From: Lepidodermella squamata
Taxonomy: Eukaryota; Animalia; Gastrotricha
Length of the DNA: 64,000 nt
Reading direction: 5' to 3'
Assembly (NCBI GenBank): GCA_047495785.1
Contig: JBLDXI010000024.1
Span: 1 to 64,000, forward strand
Shown: positions 13,733-23,300 of the stretch, piece by piece
How positions within the stretch are numbered: position 1 is the stretch's first letter
Layout: every line of letters begins with the position of its first letter
Program-made: the position numbers and the translations under genes
The notes under the pieces: model-generated
Told to the model about the DNA's origin: nothing
The model's input: only the letters and a program-made list of their open reading frames with translations
Databases searched by the model: none

Positions 13733-14144
13733 GAGCTATATGATACAACTCTCTATATTAGAATCGCTGATCACTAAAATAAAATGAATTCCGAGTCCCT
13801 GTTTATTGTCTTTGACCATGCGTCTCATATACTGATATGTACCTAATTAGAGTCCATTTCAATTTCACGGCCAACTTATAAATGAAACCTGATTCAGAGC
13901 ACCCGGATTCATACAATTCTGTAAGCAAATCATGATCCACTTCGCCTATATATTATTCATGCCATCAACTTACTCATTATTTGCTGAAATAATCAGAAGT
14001 CAATCGCCGGGATAATTAATGTCGCCGTGCGCGAAGGCGCCGCACGCGCTGTAGTGCGGCCCATCATGGCACCGGCGTGCGCGTTTACACACGACAGGTC
14101 GCCTACCTGCTTCAGCAACAGTGCGTGAATTTCTTCAATTGAAC

Positions 14145-15614
14145 ATGTATGATTATCAGAATCTGCCAAGAGCGTTCGCGAAACGGCCCGCCAAGGAACC
14201 TGATAACAGCCAGGCCTATGCGGCGTCTGATGAAATAGCTTCGCCTGTGATGTTCGTCGTCCAGCCGATTCCTGTATTCACCCAACAAATGCCGCCATTT
14301 ATGCCGATGGCTTTTCAGCCATCCTGTGAAGCTGATTCAGAACCTGTTGGGATCGCAAGTCAGATACTCGCTGCGTATGGATTTACGGCGTTCACGCCCG
14401 AGGCCGACAGATTTGCGGAGTTGGTTGTTCAAGATTTTATGCGGCTTCGGGAACAGCTTAATTGCAGACCTTCTTCGAGCGGCGGCTCGATGAAACCTCT
14501 CAACTCTGAATATTTTGATGAAGTGGCGTCGGCTCAAACAGGCGATAGTGAAAAGGCAGAATCGCTTCCCTCGGATCAGCCGCCATCGGGCCAAATCGAT
14601 AATGGCATGCCCAACGCGTCTGTATTAAACGGTCTGTGTCAGCCGTTTCGGCGCCTCGATCGCAATCAATTTGCGATGTTGGAGAGGGTGCGTGTGCTAT
14701 TAATTTTTCGCTAGTCACCAGCCGTTTATTGTTCACTGATAGGAGTTTGATCGATGCGGCAGAAACCCGCAGTCGGACTGCATTCCTTCGATTGCCTTGA
14801 AATTAGGAATGTCACCAAGTCGAGTATGATACGCTCATCGAATCCGCCACGTTGTAAATTTTGTCTCGTCAATGACAGGTCCGATTTTTGTTGCAGTCAA
14901 GATTGCCGACAGCGTCCAAAGTTTCAAAGCTAACACGGTTTTTGCCTAGTGCATTGGCGTCGCAATTCGCTGCCTCTCATTTGGTTGTTCTGGAAAGGGT
15001 GAGTTGCTAGCGAAAGGATCGTGGGGCACACGTGACATTTTATTTTTATTTTTTTCAAGGAATACAAGGGCAATCGGTACCCTGAGGAAGAAGAAATTTG
15101 CGAAATTGCAGATGAAATCGGTCTCAAAATGAGCTTGGTAATTTCGTAAGCTTTGATTCTAGTCTCTTAGGGAATCTGCATATTGCTGCGCATAAAAACA
15201 AATCGGTAATGATATTACCGTTGCAGCCGAGATAGTCAGTTCGCCACCTTGGAATCTTGGAATGCTATTTCAAATGCTCAAATTTATATATTATCGAAAT
15301 TTAAACAGGTGAAGGCGTGGTTTGATTGCCGCCGCCTACAGGATGATATCACTGAAACGACGAAGCAGTCCAAAAATTGTAAGGAGCCGCTTGAGAAAGA
15401 AGCCGTAATCAGGCTGGAAAAGGTTTTGAGTTATCATCAATATCATCAATATCTCTAGTAATAATATTGCGTTCAGGAATTCGCCAAGAGCGGGTCGCTA
15501 CGCCGTGGAGTTGCGTCGAAACTTGGCGCTCAGCTCTCAATGTCCCCTAAAAAAATCGCAGCATGGTTCAACCAGCGCCGCTTGCGTGAAATCAGCAGAA
15601 GTAAAGCAAGCTGA
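14145..15614 (+). CDS. Divergent triple-homeodomain protein (array gene A)
   Basis: Six exons give HD1 (NQFAMLER|EFDRCGRNPQSDCIPSIALKLGMSPSR|VRFLLQSR), HD2 (SHLVVLER|EYKGNRYPEEEEICEIADEIGLKMSL|VKAWFDCRR) and HD3 (EAVIRLEK|EFAKSGSLRRGVASKLGAQLSMSPKKIAAWFNQRR). Stop TGA at 15612-15614. Confidence 0.8.
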
Positions 15615-15730
15615 TAGGGACCTATTCAAAACATTAAACTATGATTCCGATGAGAGTTCTTGATAAGCAACGATCGAGTTCCCAGGTTAATTTTTTACGC
15701 GAATATCTTCCAGTTGACTAGGTTGGGAAA

Positions 15731-16391
15731 ATGAACTTCAATCCATTGGGAAATTTTTTATCTCCGAATCCTATGATGCCCTTCACGATGCCGATGCCGC
15801 CGAGTTTCCAGCAGCCAGTAATGCTGGTGATGCTGCCACAGATGGGAGTGATGCCGAACTCGCTTTGGCCAGGCAATGCAGTTCCTCAGCGCCAGCAGTT
15901 GCAGATACAACAGGCCCAGCCAGCCGAGCCGGTCCAGCCAACGGTTAGCCTGGCGGAGAGTTTGTTAGGGGCAGCTGTGGATGCATTGGACGAAGAAGAA
16001 CGACGGGTGCTTCAGCGAACTATTGATGAGCTCGAGTCTATCAGAAGCCGAAAGAAGAAGAAAGCTGAGCTTGCCCTTTCAGTCGAGACCACTGCCATCC
16101 AGCCAGTCGAGACGCGATCTATCGAGACCACAGCTGCGCCACCTCGCAAAGGCCGAGGAAGGCCGAGGAAAATGGACTTGGATCGCTGGGAAGCGGAGCG
16201 GCGCCAGTGGGGTCAAGTAAGCTTGGAGGTTGTATTGTTGACCTTTTGCTTGAATTTCCGTCTTCCAGCAGCGCAAGCATGTTCATGGTGGCGGACGAGG
16301 TAGCGGCCATAGTGGCATGTCCACGTCGACACAGCCTCGAAGTCCGATCGTTGAAGACGACGAGTCTGAGGTTGAAGTGGAGAGGCGATAG
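15731..16391 (+). CDS. AT-hook protein with M/P/Q-rich N-terminus (array gene B), no homeodomain
   Basis: KGRGRPRK AT-hook. Intron 16217-16268 leads to exon QRKHVHGGG...EVERR* (stop 16389-16391). Could instead splice onto the 16514 acceptor and fuse with gene C. Confidence 0.6.
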
Positions 16392-16516
16392 AGCTTGCAG
16401 CACGTTTGACTACATAATACTAATTACTTGAGATATTATCAGGATTCTATCCACTTGTACAATACATTTGTATCGATTCGTTGATTCGATAAAATTTTAT
16501 TTTTTTGAAGTAGGAA

Positions 16517-17545
16517 ATGTATTCTAGCGTGACAAACCTAGGTGATGAGATGCCCGCCCCAAAAAGTAGAGAGGAAAGGGCTAGGGCGCCGTTGTTCGAA
16601 CTACAGCGCCGTATTCTGAACAGCCCGGAAATCCTACAAAAACTAATGGAAAGATGCACTACTGACACGCCTCGAGACATTCTTTCGATTCCCGAAAACA
16701 GCGATCGGGTGTTTGATTCTCCCAAGCCTGGTCTCGACCTGCCCCAGAAACGTGGCCGCCCTAGGAAGCAGTCGAAACCGGAGGAAATTGTTCCCAAGCC
16801 TGCTCTTGCCCCGCCCGGCAAACGCGGCCGCCCTAGAAAGCAGGAGAAAATAGGTCCCAAGGCGGCGATCGTATCAGCAGCGCCCAATTCAACAGTTGCT
16901 GCGCTTAAAAACCTCGGACAACCTCTGGTACCTGGTCAGGTAAGAGTGCTAAAATCGGAGCCTTCTTTGAAGCGCGAAATACATCAACCGAAATATGGAC
17001 GTTCTGAAGCTGCACATGGTAAAGCTTTCCTGTCAAGCCCTTTTCTTCGGCTTTAAGTACCGCCTTTCTTAGTAGCTCATTCCCCCTCAATCGGGATAAA
17101 ATCAAGGCAAGCTGAATCTACGCCAGAATCTGTAAGTGCGTCACTAAGTTTTCCAAATTTTCAAGTCAGAAATATTGAAGGTTCAGCGAAGTTCGAAGCG
17201 AGAGCACAGAATTGTACCGAACTCTGACAAAAATTGGAGGTCTGCATTATTTTCATTAAAGCTTTCTTTAAGGTTCGTGAACTCAGCAGGGTTGAAAAGT
17301 CAACAACAGACAATCGTGCGAAGGTCCGCAGTGGAGAGGCCAGCTTAGGCAAGATTCGAATCTTGGAGGAAGCTTTCAGGACTCACGGCAACCCGCCTCC
17401 GGAAACTTCGAAGCTATTGGCAGCTCAGTTGAACTTGAAGCCCCGCGAGGTTTGAAACCAGCGAATCACTTGAATTTTCTCTAATGAAATTTTTCAGGTT
17501 GCTTCATTTTTCAACAGTCTTGCTCAGAAGAAAAATTTGGCTTGA
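16517..17545 (+). CDS. Double AT-hook plus single divergent homeodomain protein (array gene C)
   Basis: Two KRGRPRKQ AT-hooks. Donor at 16940. Homeodomain KIRILEEAFRTHGNPPPETSKLLAAQLNLKPRE|VASFFNSLA with intron 17450-17497. Internal exon structure between 16940 and 17272 is uncertain. Confidence 0.68.
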
Positions 17546-17650
17546 CTCATGGGAATGATTTGACTGCTAAATCTTGCTTTGCGCATTGCAAACTCTTTTT
17601 TCTCGTCAATATTTCATCCTAGTGTTTTTTTATTAAATTGAAGCTGAAAG

Positions 17651-19063
17651 ATGAATCCTTATGGATGCCGAGATCATTTAACAAATGTGCCGGGGTTGCT
17701 GACGTATGGCATGCCTATGCTGAGGTCGCCGCCGCAATTACATCCTATGTTCGACCCGTTATTACGTCAGCGGCAAGAAATATTGAGCCGCATCGAATTG
17801 TCGAAAAGTTTGCAGCTCGAACAGCAAAATCATCTCGAGCAGATCAGTCAGCTGCAACAGATCCTGGAAATTTCGGAGACCTTACAAAGCCAGCCAACAC
17901 CTTCTGCCCTTGTCTCAACGCCTCAGAAGGCAACGGCAGAAACAAAAGACGGGCTAGAAAATGAGCCGAAAAAAATTGCATCCCCGAGAATTGAAGCGCC
18001 CAAATCTGCTCTTCAGGCTTCAAATAATCAGAAGCCATCGCCTTCTTCATTCACCTTTACGGAATCGCAGAATCGCGTTTTAGAACAAGTATGGAGACTC
18101 GGGAATGTTATGTAAGAATTGCTGACTATTTTATCCTAGGAATATTTGGCCAACAACTGCCCATCGACAATGGAAATGTTGGAGATAGCCGATGAACTGG
18201 GAGTTTCTGAAAAAGAAGTTTGATTTTCTAAAATTATTCACGCCTTGGCTCAAATATCCCACAGGTTGAATGCTGGTATCGCTGGAAAACTAATGCATCG
18301 AAAGTGAAAACGCCGTCTGACAGCGAATTTTCCGAGTCTGAACTGACCGTACTTCGCATGGAATTCAACAAAAATCCTTACCCCAATCCTTCAAGGATTC
18401 AGAAGCTGGCGCAGTTTCTCGATATTTCGGTTGACAGAGTAATTTTTTTTCATGTCGCTTTATATTTTATCATTCTTGTGGAAATTGCAAACAGCTTGAG
18501 CTTCGTAATGATTTCTTCTATGATTTGTTGCAAAATCAGGGGATTTACGAGCCCTTAGCGGTGTTAACAATTAACACTATTTACTCATTTCACAGGTAGA
18601 AAGTTGGTTCCTTTCTGAAAGCAAACCAGTGATTGCTCCTGGAAAAAGTGTATCAATCGATCGCGAGAAGAAATCAGAAGTCGAGGCCGTTTCTAAGCAT
18701 GAGGCACGCCAGGAACTTGAAGCAGTCGTGCCGAACCTCGAGAAAACTGGACAGAAGAAGAAAAAGGTAGTGAACTCACCCAGGCGATCATCTCTCAATT
18801 CAACTTCGATCAACTCGGAGTTTCGATCCGTCCGACTCAATTTAAGTCAGCACTTCGAATTGTTGCACGTATTTACTCATTTATTCTTCACATTTTCGAG
18901 AGTAATCTGCTGAATTTTGATTTATGTGAAGGAATTCGCCTATGACGCTATGCTGACAGAAACTCGTAAAACTGAACTCGCTAACGATTTGGGCATGCCA
19001 GTAGGCTACATTCAACAATGGTTTGAAGGGCATGCAGGAAAGACTAGAATTTTGTGGTCCTAA
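17651..19063 (+). CDS. Divergent triple-homeodomain protein (array gene D)
   Basis: HD1 FTESQNRVLEQ|EYLANNCPSTMEMLEIADELGVSEKE|VECWY; HD2 FSESELTVLRMEFNKNPYPNPSRIQKLAQFLDISVDR|VESWF; HD3 QHFELLH|EFAYDAMLTETRKTELANDLGMPVGYIQQWF. Stop TAA at 19061-19063. Confidence 0.82.
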
Positions 19064-19223
19064 TCACTCATCAGCCGTTCTACATTAGAAAATGTTTAAC
19101 TTTTTTGTCGATTTTTCGTTGCATGAATGAGTCTTACCTCCTACATGAGTCTTTCATAATATTGTACATAGTTTTTCGCATTGGTCATTTAATGATAGAA
19201 TACTTGCCATAAAAAGATTCCGA

Positions 19224-20029
19224 ATGGAAAATTCTTTCGAATTTGAAACCCCTGAATCGGCCTATCTGAAGCATGTCGGTTCCAATGAAAACAGTGGTGC
19301 CGATTCTTATAACAAAGGAGTATCTGAAAAGGGCTCGGAATCAATTGAAAGCGACAAGGGTTTGATTGATAGCGCCATTGCGGAAAATGACAGTGATGAT
19401 GAGGAAGATGAAGATGAGATTCGTGCAGGAAAATTGCTGCGAAACAGCCTCATGTCCGATGATGATGACGACGATGAAGGATCTGGACTAGAATCCGGTG
19501 AATCGAGTGGCGTTGAATCGAGTGGCATAGAACAGGTAGAAAGGAGCGCAAAACGCGCTGGCCAGTCATCTGTTTCATCCAGGGTAGCTGCGAAGCGAAA
19601 TCGAACTTACAACGTAGCATTGGTTGACGATCCCCTTTTAACTGAGCATCAGGAGATCATGCTGATTCAGGTATGTTATTGCTTTGGTTGGTTTTACAAC
19701 TTGTATATCTTGAATTTTCTCAGGAAGCTTCACTTGGAGAGATTACAGCAAAGCGCAAATCCGAACTCGCCCAATCTTTTGGTGTTTCAGAAGCAAGAAT
19801 CGATGATTGGATCGATAAAAACAACCGTTTACTTTCGGGTGGACGTCGCCGGCGCGCGGTCGCGTTTTATAAGGAAGAAGAAGATGTCTCTGGCGCGGAA
19901 AAAGACGATGATGATGACGCAAGCGTCGGCGAGGAATCCGAATCTGAGGAGGATGACGATTACGATGATGGTGATGATGATGATGATGAAGAGGAAGATG
20001 ATTACTCGCCGAACATTCGCAAACGTTGA
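19224..20029 (+). CDS. Highly acidic protein with one very divergent homeodomain (array gene E)
   Basis: Intron 19671-19723 joins LTEHQEIMLIQ|EASLGEITAKRKSELAQSFGVSEARIDDWIDK, flanked by long D/E tracts on both sides. Confidence 0.7.
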
Positions 20030-20481
20030 GCGGGTATCCACCGTAAACCGAACTATATAATGTGAATAGCCGATTGATTTCAAGAACTAAGTCTTTCCCA
20101 TTTTATTGAATTGATCTGAACGATGCCTGAATTCACTCGGAATTCTTTTTCTTTTTACACGGAGTATAATATTTGGATACTGATAACTCTTCAATAAACT
20201 TTGAGAGAGAAAAATGGAGCTATTATACCCAGATGTATGCTCCTCGCTCACTCTAGATTCAATAAATCCGAGAGCTAAGAGAGCTGGCTGAAACTTTTCA
20301 TTTAATGCAAGCTTGTGTGCGGCATTGAAACCGTTGGGCGAGAAATGTTGAGATTTCATTGACAAGAACCTCTCGTTGAGACTTGAAAGTGAATGTTGTT
20401 AAGGCATACTACGATTGTCTTCGAACTGATGCAGCCTAACGCCTGAACCCTGAACACTGAACAAAACTTGCGGCGCTTTCG

Positions 20482-20783
20482 TGATAAATCAACTGCGGCT
20501 ATTATTATTTTGTAAGCCCTTTTTAATTATCAAATAGCCTTAGGCAATAGTTGTTGCTAAAATTATTGTTCGAAAAAAATATTGTTGCTATGATAAACAT
20601 CAGCTGTTCCTTACGCTAGCAACGGACCATCGCTCGCTACCTACTGTTTAGCCCTGATATCTCAAGACGGCGAGACGCCTTATCTTCACGTGAATAGCAT
20701 TTTGCGCTGTGAGCGTTTTATTCTTATGATGATGATGTTGACTGGTTTCAATCCGGAGCACTTATCATTAGAGATAATGATAA
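20482..20783. promoter_or_regulatory. Cluster of seven WGATAA (GATA-factor-type) sites upstream of the SLC18B1-like gene
   Basis: TGATAA at 20482, 20591 and 20778; AGATAA at 20772; TTATCW at 20527, 20680 and 20762, all within ~300 bp. Confidence 0.35.
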
Positions 20784-21056
20784 GTGCGGGTTCGGGCGAT
20801 AAACACACGAGATTTGAAGGTTTTACTCGCCCTCCGTTATTGTACAGTTTTGTTTCATGACCGCATGCTCATTTCATCGCAAATTATAAGCGTCACTGTT
20901 TAGCTGGACAAAAATAAAAACGGCCGACCTACTTTATTCAGAGAGATTTCCTTGGACAGTCGGATATTGGGACACCGGGACTTCGTCGCTGTGTAGAATG
21001 AAATTTTGTTCATTGTCTGGTAATAACTGATTCATCGATAATTTTACTTATCCAAA

Positions 21057-23200
21057 ATGAAGCATTCCCGTTCGTACTCGTTTCATCGCTCTTCATCCTT
21101 CTCTGTTTCCTACGCATCTGTGCACCGGCAAAGTACATCTGTGCCAAGGCATCTAATATCAAAGAGCCAAGATCTAGACCAAGATCATCGGGCATATGAG
21201 GATCAAATTTCAACCGAAAGTGATGCCTCGGAGAAGAAAGAGGATAAGGTGAAGAATTTTTTCCACATCACCGTTATCCTCGTCGTTATTCTATGCTTCG
21301 GAATGCTCTTCTCGATATTTGCCCCGTTCTTTCCTGCAGAAGCTGCGAAAAAAGGCATGTCTCCTACCATTGTTGGCCTTCTGTTTGGAGTTTTTGAGCT
21401 TGTGGTATTCCTATTATCGCCTGTATGGGGTATGAAGAGTTTGAACTGAACGCAATATATATTCATGCTACCAAAACAGGTGTACTCGCGCCGAAAATTG
21501 GCTTCAGGTTTTTGATTGCATCCGGAATGTTTCTAGCTGGAGGAGCCACTATTTTGTTTGGGTTCTTGGATCGTGCACCAGAAGGGTCAGTTTACATAGT
21601 CATGTGTTTCACATGCCGCATTGTTGAAGCCATTGGAGTATCAATGTACATCACAGCCGCTTTCGCCTATGGTAATTTTAGCCTTAAGTTGAACCAGTAA
21701 TGCATACTTTTGGCAATATTAGGATCATCGCTTTATCCAGATGACGTTGCTTTCATCTATGGGTTGCTGGAGACGTTCAACGGGGCTGGATTTATGATCG
21801 GTCCACCTCTTGGTGGACTTCTCTTCAAGGTTTTTGCCAAAATTACAGTATTTCATGGCTATATGGACAAAATATCCTTTCGTTTTAGGCAGGAGGTTTC
21901 ATTTTACCATTCATCTCAATCGGTGCATTTATTCTGGTGCTGGGAACTTTATCCGCACTTATCATAAAACCGTCGACTGAAGAGGAAAGCAGCAACAACT
22001 TGTTAGGTCCCCATATTAAGCTGATTTATTCTGACGGTTTACTATTTCAGGTCCCCATGGCTTTTACTGAAGATGCCTTTGGTGATTGTCCTTGGTGTAA
22101 GCGAAGGTAATGCCCATTCTATAGTATATTTGGGGTTAAAATTAGACATTATGTACAATCAGCGATATGCTCGATGATCTTTGCGTTCCTTGATCCTACG
22201 TTGTCCATTTTTTTGGAAACGATCGATATTACGGATCCAGTTGTTGTTGGTGCCATGTTCATGGTGTGCTCGATTGCATATACAATTGCGTGCCTTGTGA
22301 CCGGGAAAGCAGTCGAAAGGTTCAATGCGCCATATCTATTCATGATTGTTAGTTTTATTGATTTTACGCAAAAATATTTTTTGACCGATTTCTTTGTAAT
22401 TCTATTAAGATGGGGGCTGCTTTGACGTGCATAGGATATTTGCTGCTCGGTCCTTCTCCGCTTACTCCATTTTATCAGCCAAATGAAGCAACTGTTATTG
22501 TCGCATGCTCTATCGGGTTCGCTGGGCTTGGCTTCTTGATGATCCCGATTCCCAAGCTACTAACTGAAACGCTTCAAGATTACGGCTTTCCAGATACAAT
22601 TGAGACTAATTCGTTGGTTTCAGGTTCATTAAAGATTTCTGAAAATTAAGCTAGATTAACCTAGATAATAATAATTTTAGGCGTCTACAATTGTGTCTGG
22701 TACTTTGGCTCTTTTTTGGGTAAGAATTCCTTAGTAAATTCACAGTTACTTGGTATTTATCTGAATATGTCTTAGGTCCAACAACGGCTGGAGCTATGGT
22801 TGAAGGATTGGGCTTTTTATGGTCATCGACTATCATGGCTATGCTGGCAGCATTTGTTTTTCTTCTTCTTATCATCACTGCTATAGTCATGCATTCTGAT
22901 GCGTGGAAAACCCGAGGACAGTTTAGGTACGCGATATTCCTGACTGACAGCCAGCGCGAGGAACAAGACGATGACGATGAGCCATCGACGCGTAAACACA
23001 GCGATAAGGATTGGACTAGTAGCAGCGCGAGCGATCGTTACAGCAAAACAGACGACGAGAGTGAATTAGAGATCAGCGAGTTACATGACTATGTCGGCGA
23101 ATTGCGAGGCGTCGAAGCGGCACGCCGGTCAACTCGCACGAGAAATTACGGTGCCACATCGCACACAGAACAGGCTTTGGTCGCTAGCGCCAGTGTTTGA
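21057..23200 (+). CDS. SLC18B1: MFS-type vesicular amine/polyamine transporter SLC18B1-like
   Basis: Multi-exon gene with APFFPAEAAKKG, GMFLAGGATILFGFLD, RIVEAIG, GLLETFNGAGFMIGPPLGGLLF, FLDPTL, LLLGPSP, GPTTAGAMVE. Confidence 0.85.
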
Positions 23201-23300
23201 GCCTACGTTAAATTCGGCTTGCTTTGATTTATCGTTTAAATTAATTTTGATTCTATGTCAAAAATGATAGGCTTTTATATATTAACCATGTGATAAACCA

